Source: Alphaproteobacteria bacterium
GTDB lineage: Bacteria > Pseudomonadota > Alphaproteobacteria > Rs-D84
Reading direction: 5' to 3'
DNA length: 55,151 nucleotides
Assembly (NCBI GenBank): GCA_050943575.1
Contig: JBMNPL010000003.1
Location: 1-55,151 of the forward strand
Positions 34,926-43,785 of this stretch are shown piece by piece; positions within the stretch are counted from its first letter, which is position 1; every line of letters begins with the position of its first letter. Under the pieces are notes generated by a model. It saw only the letters and a program-made list of their open reading frames with translations. It was not told where the DNA came from and searched no databases. A program made the position numbers and the translations under genes.

Positions 34926-37603
34926 TGCTTACACTAATTGATGGGAATTCTTTATTATTTCGTGCATATTACGGCGTTCGTGGGCGTTTAAGTCGCAGTG
35001 ATGGGACACCTGTTAACGCCGTATATGGTTTTTGTAATATGATATTACCATTATTAGCAGATGCAAAATCCACAGATAGATTCTTTTGCGTCTTTGATGC
35101 TACACGAAAAAATTTCCGCAATGATATTTACCCAGAATACAAAGCAAATCGCAGTGATGTTCCCGAGGATTTGCTTGCTCAAATTGAATTAACTCATGAA
35201 GCCGTCCGTGCAATGGGAATGCCAGTATTGGCAATTGCTGGGGTTGAAGCAGACGATGTTATTGCAACACTTGCGGCACGTGAATGTAATACAGGTAAAA
35301 CAAGAATTGTTACCAGTGATAAAGATTTAATGCAGTTGGTTTCACCCTGCTCTTTTTTATATGACGGGATGAAATCAATGGAAATTCACGAGGAACAAGT
35401 TTTTGAAAAATTCGGTGTTCGCCCAGATCAAGTTATTGATGTTCAATCTTTGATGGGAGATTCCAGCGATAATGTCCCTGGGGTTCCTGGAATTGGCCCA
35501 AAAAAAGCAGCAGAACTTATTAATGAATTTGATAACTTGGATAAATTATATGCAAATCTAGATAATGTAAAAAATGAACGCATTCGGGGATTGTTGAACG
35601 ATAATCGCGATAAAGCATATCTGTCGCGTCAGTTAGTTATGCTTAAAGACGATGTAGAATTACCAGATTTCAAAGATGAATACTTTAAATTTAATTTACC
35701 CGCATTTCTTGAATTTGCAAAAATAAAATTAGAAAGTAATTCTTTGCAAACAAGAGCAAAAAAATTATTTGCTGATAAAACTGAAACGGAAAACTTATCT
35801 GAACAAAAACAAACAATTATCATTACAACAGAACAAGAATTAGAAAAATTCTTGACTGGTATCAATGATATTTTAGCAATTGATACAGAAACAACTGGCT
35901 TGGATCAAATGACTGATAAAGTTGTTGGTATTTCTTTGGCGATAAATTCTAAATCTGGGGCTTATATTCCAATTAGGCATAAAGAAAAACAAAATGATTT
36001 ATTCGGAACAGAAAGTGATAATTCATCTGTGCCACAACTTTCTTTAGAAATTGTTCATAATAAATTATGGCCTGTGCTGGTCAATCCAAACATAATAAAA
36101 ATTGGGCATAATCTAAAATATGATTTTCATATATTGTCAAACGAAGGTTGGGATGTAAACGCGATAAATCCAATAGATGATACAATGCTATTATCTTATA
36201 TTTTGCATGGAACTGGGCATGCGCACAATTTGGATGAATTGGCAAAAATTTATCTTGATTATGAAACTATAAAATTTTCTTCTTTGTTTCCTGCAAAAAC
36301 AAAATCAAAAGATATGCATTTTAACACCTTGCCAATAGAAACAGCCGCACCGTATGCTGCCGAAGATTCTTTTATATGTTTTGAACTTTATCAAATATTT
36401 CGTGAAAAATTAAATAAAAATGAGAAATTAAAAAAACTTTATGAAAATTGTGATTTGCCGTTATTAAAAGTTTTATTAAATATGGAGCGCACTGGGGTTA
36501 TGGTAAATCAATCTAAATTAGGTGATTTATCTGAAATTTTTCATAAAGATATGAAAGAATTAGAAAAACAAATTTGGTATTTAGCAGGACGTGAATTTAA
36601 TATTGCCAGCCCCCAACAATTAGCAATCGTTTTATATGAAGAAATGGGATTACCAAAACGTAAATCAACCAATGCGGATACACTGGCGGAAATAGATCAT
36701 CCGATTGCTGATAAAATTTTAGAATGGCGATCATTATCAAAACTGGCGGGAACTTATACGGATGCTTTGCCCCAACAAGTTGCATCTGATGGACGTATTC
36801 ATACGACTTACTTACAAACAAGCACAAATACTGGACGATTATCTTCACGTGAACCAAATTTACAAAATATTCCCATAAAAACAGATTTAGGCGAAAAAAT
36901 TAGAAGATGTTTTATTGCACCACAAGGACGAGTTTTAATATCAACAGATTATTCGCAAATTCAGTTGAGGTTATTAGCAGATATTGCAGATGTAAAATCA
37001 TTCAAAGAAACTTTTGCACGCGGGGAAGATATTCATTCTAAAACTGCACGAACTATTTTCAAAATTCCAGACGATGAACCATTGTCAAAAGATTTAAGAG
37101 CCAAGGCAAAAACATTAAACTTTTCAATTATTTATGGAATTTCTTCATTTGGATTAGCAAATCAATTAGGAGTTTCCAGAACCGAGGCACAATTAATCAT
37201 AGATTCTTATTTAGATGGTTTGCCAGAAATTAAAAATTATTTTGATAAAATAAAACAATTTGCTTTGGATAATGGTTGTGTTTATACACCATGGGGCAGA
37301 CGCATAGAATTACCAGAAGTTAAAAATCCCAGATTGCGCGCATATGCATTACGAGCCGCGATTAACGCACCCATACAAGGATTTGAAGCCGATATAATGC
37401 GACTGGCAATGGTAAAAATTTCTGCTATTGAATCTGAATCGGCAAAAATGATTATGCAAGTTCATGATGAAATAGTTTGTGAATGTGATATTGCAGAAGC
37501 ATTAAGTTTTTCTGATAAAGTAAAAAATACTATGGAGAATGTGGCAAAATTATCTGTGCCATTAATTGCAGAAACAAATATAAGTACAAGTTGGGGAAAA
37601 TAA
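34925..37603 (+). CDS. polA: DNA polymerase I
   Basis: 892 aa with a 5'-nuclease N-terminus (LIDGNSLLFRAYY), 3'-5' exo motif (AIDTETTGL), and pol motifs DYSQIQLRLLA and QVHDEIV. Confidence 0.96.
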   Translation: MLTLIDGNSLLFRAYYGVRGRLSRSDGTPVNAVYGFCNMILPLLADAKSTDRFFCVFDATRKNFRNDIYPEYKANRSDVPEDLLAQIELTHEAVRAMGMPVLAIAGVEADDVIATLAARECNTGKTRIVTSDKDLMQLVSPCSFLYDGMKSMEIHEEQVFEKFGVRPDQVIDVQSLMGDSSDNVPGVPGIGPKKAAELINEFDNLDKLYANLDNVKNERIRGLLNDNRDKAYLSRQLVMLKDDVELPDFKDEYFKFNLPAFLEFAKIKLESNSLQTRAKKLFADKTETENLSEQKQTIIITTEQELEKFLTGINDILAIDTETTGLDQMTDKVVGISLAINSKSGAYIPIRHKEKQNDLFGTESDNSSVPQLSLEIVHNKLWPVLVNPNIIKIGHNLKYDFHILSNEGWDVNAINPIDDTMLLSYILHGTGHAHNLDELAKIYLDYETIKFSSLFPAKTKSKDMHFNTLPIETAAPYAAEDSFICFELYQIFREKLNKNEKLKKLYENCDLPLLKVLLNMERTGVMVNQSKLGDLSEIFHKDMKELEKQIWYLAGREFNIASPQQLAIVLYEEMGLPKRKSTNADTLAEIDHPIADKILEWRSLSKLAGTYTDALPQQVASDGRIHTTYLQTSTNTGRLSSREPNLQNIPIKTDLGEKIRRCFIAPQGRVLISTDYSQIQLRLLADIADVKSFKETFARGEDIHSKTARTIFKIPDDEPLSKDLRAKAKTLNFSIIYGISSFGLANQLGVSRTEAQLIIDSYLDGLPEIKNYFDKIKQFALDNGCVYTPWGRRIELPEVKNPRLRAYALRAAINAPIQGFEADIMRLAMVKISAIESESAKMIMQVHDEIVCECDIAEALSFSDKVKNTMENVAKLSVPLIAETNISTSWGK

Positions 37604-37675
37604 TAAAAATCAACTTTATTTTATTTTAAGTTTCTGATAAAATACTTATTAAGTATTAAATTAGGTGTTTGCCAA

Positions 37676-39988
37676 ATGAAGAAAAAAATTTTACTGATTA
37701 CAGGTTTATTATTCTTGGGTCAAGCAGTTGAAGCCGCACCGGCTGTACGAGGACGACCTGCTCCTGCGAATGCAACACAATCAAATACGACAACGGTGGC
37801 ACGTTCTGGTAGAATTGTACCAAAAGCAGCAGCGACAGCACCAAAGCCAAGTGGAAATGTTGTGGCAGCACGTTCTGCAACAAAACAAAATGTTGTTCAA
37901 TCGGGTGTTGCTATTCAGGCGGCAACTACTAATACAATTGTAAGTGATGAATGCAAAACTAAATATTATGGCTGTATGGATAGTTTTTGTATGTTAGACA
38001 ATGCTAGTGGTGGACGTTGTTATTGCAGTGATAAAAATTCTGAATTTGATAATATACTGGCGCAAATAAAGAAATTGGATGATCAATCACGAGATATGGC
38101 AACCGTTGGTGTTGAAAAAATAGAATTAAGAAGTGCTGATAAAGATAAAGCAGATTATATTTCAGAAACTGTACAAGCTGTGGCTGACGAATTTACAACG
38201 GATTCTTCTCAACCTAAAAAAACTACCAGAACTCGCGCTTCTTTGGATTTAAGTATTTTTGATAGTCAACCGACATTTGGTTTTGATGCAGAAGAAACTG
38301 TTGAAAATGCAGATCTTAGTTTAATTCAAGGTAAAACTGGTGATGTATTACACAATACTGTTCGCAATATTTGCACTAAACAAATTCCAGAATGTTCAAA
38401 AGATATTCAAATGCTGCAAATGATGTATGCGCAAACAATACAATCTGATTGTCGTAGTTATGAAAATTATTTGCAAAAAATGAAAGATGAATCTACGAAA
38501 AAATTACGAGTAGCACAACAAGCCATGCGTGATAAAGCATTAGAGGTTTATGAAGAATCAAATAAATGGGATTTGGGGCAATGTGTGGGTGAGATGCGTA
38601 AATGTATGCAGGATACAGCGCGCGGTGGATGTGGTAATGATTGGACTGGATGTGTTGGTATTGTTGCCGCTGAAAATGCACGTTCGGGGTTATCTTCACG
38701 TACCAGAACTAGATCTGGGATGGTTAGCATAGAAGGAAGTGCGACAAAGATTTCAATCGCTGCGAGTACTTATGATGCATTATTATCAAAAAAACCATTA
38801 TGTGAATCAGTAACTAAAAATTGTGTTGCTGCTGTTAGCAAGGATAAAGATGCGGTATGGAATATATTTTTGCGTGAAATTGCACCGGCTTTGAAATCTG
38901 CGGAATTATTGGCGGAATCAAATCGCAGAACTGATTGTATTGGTAATATTTCAGAATGCTTTAGAAAAGGTTGTGCGGATACTATGACAGATGAAGCAAG
39001 TTTTGATTTATGTATAACCAGACCCGAAGCAATGTTAAATATATGTAAAGTTCAATTAAACGAATGTGGAATTTCAACTAATTCTGCTGCAGAAGCACAA
39101 AAATCTGAAATATGGAGTTTTGTCTTGGCAAGGCTTGCATCAATGCGTGTTGATTCTTGTACAAGAGATGTTAAACAATGCTTGCAATCTGAAGATCGTT
39201 GTGGTGAAAATTATTCACAATGTGTTGGATTAGATATGGATGATGTAATGGCAATGTGTCCACAAGAAAAATTAGTTGGATGTGCTGCTGATACCCCACA
39301 ATCCTTTATTGATAGACTTGATGAAATAGTATCTGGTGTATTACTGGGTATAGATAACGCGATGCAATTGAAATGTCAAGCGGCAGTGGATGAAAAGTTA
39401 AATGAATTACGTGGTGAAAAAGGTGGTTATAAAGCATTTAGTGCAGAAACTTTTGGAACAGAAGGAATTATTCTTGATGAATCTCATCCAGAATATGTAA
39501 CCATTCGTGGACTAATTGATTTTGAAAAACTTACCCATGATGATAATAAAACTGTAGTTGCGGGTACTATGGATGGGACATCTGCCAGTATTTCTAATGC
39601 AAATCTAAAAACAATTGCAAATAGTATAAATAATGTAATCACTCAATTAAAATCAGATCCAAAAATAAATGATTGCGTAAATGGTAGAGACATGACTAAT
39701 ATCCGTAAATCTGGTGGACAATCAGGTGGTAGATTCCCAAATTTATTAGATACGTTTATTCTTGAAATTATAAATACCGGAATAGATACTGCAAGAAATA
39801 ATTATAATACAAAAGTTAATGAATTAAAAACTCAGGCTATGAAAACAGCGCAAGAAAGATTGGTAGCAGCACAAGCAAAACAAGCAGCAGAAAAAAATGC
39901 TAAGCCACCTGTTAATTGTATAAGTCCTGGGATACTTTTTAGCATAGATTATTATAAAAATAAATACCCAAACGTTACTAAGAAATAA
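37676..39988 (+). CDS. Large secreted Cys-rich protein (family A paralogue, 770 aa)
   Basis: Signal peptide ...LLFLGQAVEA and an Arg/Ala-rich linker (AVRGRPAPAN...VARSGRIV...VAARSATK). Cys motifs include DECKTKYYGCMDSFCMLDNASGGRCYC, MYAQTIQSDCRSY and LGQCVGEMRKCMQDTARGGCGNDWTGC. Confidence 0.85.
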   Translation: MKKKILLITGLLFLGQAVEAAPAVRGRPAPANATQSNTTTVARSGRIVPKAAATAPKPSGNVVAARSATKQNVVQSGVAIQAATTNTIVSDECKTKYYGCMDSFCMLDNASGGRCYCSDKNSEFDNILAQIKKLDDQSRDMATVGVEKIELRSADKDKADYISETVQAVADEFTTDSSQPKKTTRTRASLDLSIFDSQPTFGFDAEETVENADLSLIQGKTGDVLHNTVRNICTKQIPECSKDIQMLQMMYAQTIQSDCRSYENYLQKMKDESTKKLRVAQQAMRDKALEVYEESNKWDLGQCVGEMRKCMQDTARGGCGNDWTGCVGIVAAENARSGLSSRTRTRSGMVSIEGSATKISIAASTYDALLSKKPLCESVTKNCVAAVSKDKDAVWNIFLREIAPALKSAELLAESNRRTDCIGNISECFRKGCADTMTDEASFDLCITRPEAMLNICKVQLNECGISTNSAAEAQKSEIWSFVLARLASMRVDSCTRDVKQCLQSEDRCGENYSQCVGLDMDDVMAMCPQEKLVGCAADTPQSFIDRLDEIVSGVLLGIDNAMQLKCQAAVDEKLNELRGEKGGYKAFSAETFGTEGIILDESHPEYVTIRGLIDFEKLTHDDNKTVVAGTMDGTSASISNANLKTIANSINNVITQLKSDPKINDCVNGRDMTNIRKSGGQSGGRFPNLLDTFILEIINTGIDTARNNYNTKVNELKTQAMKTAQERLVAAQAKQAAEKNAKPPVNCISPGILFSIDYYKNKYPNVTKK

Positions 39989-40000
39989 GGAAAATACACA

Positions 40001-40648
40001 ATGAATATAAATAAAATTTTTTATACCCTATTTTTAGGATTTATGATTTCCGTATTTTATAATCCTTTGGCGATTGCTAAATGTAAAGGTAATGATATAG
40101 CAACTGATATTATACGAGGTGTGTATGGATGTAATTGTAAAAATGGGGATCCTACGGATTATAATAAAAAAGATGGCGTAAAGGGAAATTTTAGAATTTT
40201 TGTAGATTTTCCTGATATGTATTATTGTTATACAAGTTTGGTAGATGACGATCGATGGAGAGATGCTAAGGAGTATTTATGTCCTGGATTTAAATATAAT
40301 AATTATAATGAAGAAACCATGATACCAAAAGCACAACATAATGGTCCTTTGGATGGAAATGGTTGTTGGAAATGGGAATGTAAAGAAGGTTTTATTTTGG
40401 ATAATCCTATTACTAAAACATGTAAACCTAAACCAGCAGAAGCACCAACAGCAGAAAATACCGTATTATGTGATGATACATCAAGAATGAATAATATTAC
40501 TATAGGTGAAACCACATATAACAATGTTCCAAAAAATGTAGTATTTGATGGAAAATGTGTTAAAGTATGTGAAAAATCAGCTGAAGTAAATGAAAAATCA
40601 AATATAATAATCGCAGACGAAACAGAGTTTTCAATAAGGTTGCAATAA
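40001..40648 (+). CDS. Secreted Cys-rich protein (ECxxGF / GxCxxVCE motif family, 215 aa)
   Basis: Signal peptide ...ISVFYNPLAIA. Motifs are GCWKWECKEGFILDN and DGKCVKVCEKS, shared with the 6578-7429 ORF. It starts 12 nt after the 770-aa ORF. Confidence 0.75.
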   Translation: MNINKIFYTLFLGFMISVFYNPLAIAKCKGNDIATDIIRGVYGCNCKNGDPTDYNKKDGVKGNFRIFVDFPDMYYCYTSLVDDDRWRDAKEYLCPGFKYNNYNEETMIPKAQHNGPLDGNGCWKWECKEGFILDNPITKTCKPKPAEAPTAENTVLCDDTSRMNNITIGETTYNNVPKNVVFDGKCVKVCEKSAEVNEKSNIIIADETEFSIRLQ

Positions 40649-40666
40649 AAACTTTAACATAATTAA

Positions 40667-40694
40667 ATACCCGCCAAAGCGGGTATTATTTTTA
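40667..40694 (+). terminator. Rho-independent terminator
   Basis: Stem atacccgc/gcgggtat with loop caaa, followed by a T-rich tract. Confidence 0.7.
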
Positions 40695-40758
40695 TATTTA
40701 TAATAAAGATTGACAAATGAAAATTTATAGTTATAATTTGTCAAAAGAGGATATTATT

Positions 40759-41520
40759 ATGGCAAATAAAAAATCAAAAATTATTAATAAAACTGCGGGA
40801 TTTTCCGCTGCGGCACAAAATACAAAAAATAAAGAAATTGCAGATCGTCCTTATTTAATTGTAAGAGCAATGCGATGGTTGTTTGTGCGTATGCCCCGTG
40901 CTGTATGGCGCTGGCTTTGCAATATTGAAATTAATGGACTTTGTAGTTTGACATTAATGTTAATGATAATTATTCTGTTTTCATTTTTAATCGGTCAAAT
41001 GTTAAGCCCACGCTATGATGATAAAAATACCGAAGCAGTAATAGTTACAAATACCCCAGAAATTACCAAAAATGACAATGTTCGTATTTTAAATAATTCT
41101 TTTACTGACGAAATAGTCGCAAATAATAATATTGTTATTAAAACTGAGTATAAAAATAAACCTATGTTTGTTCCAAGAAAAAAAACAACAATAATATTAC
41201 CATTAAAACAACCTGTTAAAACAAGTATATCAAAACCAGAATTTATAAAAATTAATGGAAATATTATTATTGATGGAACACAAATTGGAAAACGTCTGGG
41301 AAACCACACAAGAATTAATGGAAACCTTGTTTTGCAAAATATGCGTGGATTTACCCTGCCCTGTGGAATCAGAATTAATGGAAATTTAATCATTCGTAAT
41401 GTAAATTCATTAAATTTTTGTGGAAACTTTACAGTCAATGGTGATATATACGTATCATCCAATTCATCATTTGGACCAATTCCGCGAAATGCAAATGTAA
41501 TGGGACAAGTGATATTCTAA
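40759..41520 (+). CDS. Membrane-anchored protein with C-terminal INGN(L/I) beta-solenoid/LRR-like repeats
   Basis: I prefer the start at ATG 40759 (SD agagga 8 nt upstream). The TM helix is LCSLTLMLMIIILFSFLIGQML. The C-terminus has ~20-aa repeats KINGNIIIDG / RINGNLVLQN / RINGNLIIRN / TVNGDIYVSS. Confidence 0.65.
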   Translation: MANKKSKIINKTAGFSAAAQNTKNKEIADRPYLIVRAMRWLFVRMPRAVWRWLCNIEINGLCSLTLMLMIIILFSFLIGQMLSPRYDDKNTEAVIVTNTPEITKNDNVRILNNSFTDEIVANNNIVIKTEYKNKPMFVPRKKTTIILPLKQPVKTSISKPEFIKINGNIIIDGTQIGKRLGNHTRINGNLVLQNMRGFTLPCGIRINGNLIIRNVNSLNFCGNFTVNGDIYVSSNSSFGPIPRNANVMGQVIF

Positions 41521-41523
41521 AAT

Positions 41524-41554
41524 AAAAAAACACCGCAAAATGCGGTGTTTTTTT
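41524..41554 (+). terminator. Rho-independent terminator
   Basis: aaaaaaa-caccgca-aaa-tgcggtg-ttttttt, immediately followed by repeat locus R8. Confidence 0.75.
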
Positions 41555-41832
41555 GGTTAGTGTTTGTGGTTTGTATTAGTGGGGTTGGAGAGATTAAAAA
41601 CACTATCACTAATCACGAACACTTACACTATTTCATTAAAACTTTGAACTTTTTGTCACTCCTGCGTAGGCAGGAGGGGGTCTTGATAATTATTAATAAC
41701 AAATTTAAAAAAAACACTATCACTAGCCACTTACACTAGCACTAATAGGTTTTAAGCCTTATTCCTGCCTGCGCAGGAATGACACGAGAAAAACGCGGGG
41801 AGTGATACTAACCACAAACCACTAATCACTAA
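41555..41832. repeat. Modular intergenic repeat, locus R8 (full-length form)
   Basis: ggttagtgtttgtggtttgtattagtggggttggagag..., inverted blocks cactatcactaatcacgaacacttacacta and cactatcactagccacttacactagcactaat, hairpins ctcctgc-gtag-gcaggag (41659-41676) and attcctgc-ctgc-gcaggaat (41761-41780), and terminal ctaaccacaaaccactaatcacta. It is collinear with R7. Confidence 0.92.
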
Positions 41833-41838
41833 AAATCT

Positions 41839-42798
41839 CTACACAACCTCGGTAACTGCGCGTAAACTACCATCACGAGCCAATTGAACTACTCGTATTT
41901 TCTTCTTCATTTCTTCTATTAACTCACTGCGATTATATGCCGGTTGAGTATGTAAAATCCTATCCGCAAATGCAGCATAAGCAGCCTCAGCCGATTCGGC
42001 ATGAATCGTTGTATAAAAATGATCGTGCCCTGTTCCCAACATTTCCCATAATACAGACGCATTGTCCGTAGAAATCTCGCCACCAATAATTACATCCGGA
42101 GTCATACGAACAACCAAATCTAATAACCTTGCATAGTTAAATTTATTAGTTTGCTCTGTTCTGGATAAAATAAAATGAACCCGATTTTTCTGAGGAACCT
42201 TAATCTCACGAGCATCCTCAACCGTTATAACACGCGCATTCTGATCAATCAAAGTCAAAATGTGATTCAAAACTGTTGTTTTCCCAGTACTAGTCGCACC
42301 AGAAATTAAAATAGGACTGCCGTCATTAATCGCAGCCATAACCCTTTCATACGGATCATCAGGTTTCTTTTTACCACGAGGTTTTATCTCCATCAATTTA
42401 TGACCGCGTTTCAAATGATAGTTTTCAAACCCAACATCCGGCGCACCACTGCCACGAATGTTCATCGCAACACCACCCGTCACATCATTATCATCATACA
42501 TAACATTAGGACCAGCAATCGCAGTAAACCTATGATTCCCTGGTAAAGTAGCATAAACAACAGGCATGCCACGAATCGGATCAAATGGACGTTCATAAAC
42601 ATTTGCAACCGTATGAATTAAATCAATCAGATATTGCTTGCTTAGTTTTTCAGATTGATACGCCACCCACGGAACTCGCGCGCCATGTAAACGCATCCAA
42701 ACCTCGCCTGCACGATTAATCGCTATTTCCTCCACAAAAGATGGAGTAAAAAATTCTTCCAAAGGTTTTATTAAAGAATCTAAAACAATATCTGCCAT
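41839..42798 (-). CDS. virB11: VirB11-family type IV secretion/traffic ATPase
   Basis: 319 aa with Walker A GATSTGKTT, Asp box VITVEDAREI, Walker B PDVIIGGEI and His box GHDHFYTTIHA. Confidence 0.8.
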   Translation of the reverse strand: MADIVLDSLIKPLEEFFTPSFVEEIAINRAGEVWMRLHGARVPWVAYQSEKLSKQYLIDLIHTVANVYERPFDPIRGMPVVYATLPGNHRFTAIAGPNVMYDDNDVTGGVAMNIRGSGAPDVGFENYHLKRGHKLMEIKPRGKKKPDDPYERVMAAINDGSPILISGATSTGKTTVLNHILTLIDQNARVITVEDAREIKVPQKNRVHFILSRTEQTNKFNYARLLDLVVRMTPDVIIGGEISTDNASVLWEMLGTGHDHFYTTIHAESAEAAYAAFADRILHTQPAYNRSELIEEMKKKIRVVQLARDGSLRAVTEVV

Positions 42799-42873
42799 AT
42801 TTTATATTTTATCATAAATAGCCCCTTGAATCAAAAAGCATAATTTGTTAAAATTATATAAAAAGAGTTTAAT

Positions 42874-43419
42874 ATGAAAAAATATATTTATTTATCCCTT
42901 GTAATTCTATTAGGTGCTTGTACCACTACAAACAATGCCCAAGATTTTGAACAACCTTGTGAAACAACACCATTTTATAATGAACAATCAGCCGGACTTA
43001 TGGGGCCACATAATCAATACGCAAATATTGATTCTCTCCGTCCAAAAACACCCGAAGAAGCCGCACATATGGATTCAAAATGGAATACTTCACGTAAAGA
43101 AACAACTTGGCAAGAATATCATGGCACAATGGTCAGGATTGAAGTTCTATTAGGTTCAGACGATTTAAGAGAAATGCGGTTGCGTTTAATTCAAAATGCA
43201 AACGGAATGGATGTTGATGGAGATTTTCGCAGCGTTCTGGATAAAGTATCAGAATTTGAAATGAAACGTGTATGTGGACGAAATTCCACATCATATGTCA
43301 TTGTATATGATAAACCATCTTTTGAAGTATTACGCCCAACGCCATATTTTGACTACCGAATTCAAGATGATGGTGTAAATATGCGTGAATATGGTTTCAG
43401 ATGTATTTATAATAATTAA
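42874..43419 (+). CDS. Hypothetical lipoprotein
   Basis: 181 aa with lipobox LLGAC after a hydrophobic N-terminus. I recognise no family. Confidence 0.6.
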   Translation: MKKYIYLSLVILLGACTTTNNAQDFEQPCETTPFYNEQSAGLMGPHNQYANIDSLRPKTPEEAAHMDSKWNTSRKETTWQEYHGTMVRIEVLLGSDDLREMRLRLIQNANGMDVDGDFRSVLDKVSEFEMKRVCGRNSTSYVIVYDKPSFEVLRPTPYFDYRIQDDGVNMREYGFRCIYNN

Positions 43420-43435
43420 ACAAAAAGGATATAAA

Positions 43436-43753
43436 ATGAGAAAATTATTCGCAGCAATAGTTATGGGTTCTGCAATTTTTGTCGGTGCATGTGATAGTGG
43501 TGCAAAACAAGGTGATACAGTTATAATTAATTTTGCCGGATTCCTAAACGGACAACAATTCCCTGGTGGAACCGCAGAAAACTTTCCATTAAAACTAGGT
43601 GATGGACAATTTGTCCCTGGATTTGAAGATCAATTAGTCGGAATGAAAAAAGGTGAAGAACGCGAAATAAAAATTAAATTCCCAGATCAATATGTTCCTG
43701 GATTAGCAGGTGAAAATGTCGTGTTCAAAGTTAAACTAATAGATATTAAATAA
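43436..43753 (+). CDS. Lipoprotein consisting of a trigger-factor-type FKBP PPIase domain
   Basis: I place the start at ATG 43436 (MRKLFAAIVMGSAIFVGAC lipobox). The remainder is GDTVIINFAGFLNGQQFPGGTAENFPLKLGDGQFVPGFEDQLVGMKKGEEREIKIKFPDQY...LAGENVVFKVKL, which matches the trigger-factor PPIase-domain pattern. Confidence 0.7.
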   Translation: MRKLFAAIVMGSAIFVGACDSGAKQGDTVIINFAGFLNGQQFPGGTAENFPLKLGDGQFVPGFEDQLVGMKKGEEREIKIKFPDQYVPGLAGENVVFKVKLIDIK

Positions 43754-43756
43754 TCT

Positions 43757-43785
43757 AAACCGGCAAATCGCCGGTTTTATTTTTT
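43757..43785. terminator. Bidirectional Rho-independent terminator
   Basis: aaaccggc-aaatc-gccggtttt plus T-run, between the convergent PPIase and recombinase genes. Confidence 0.7.
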
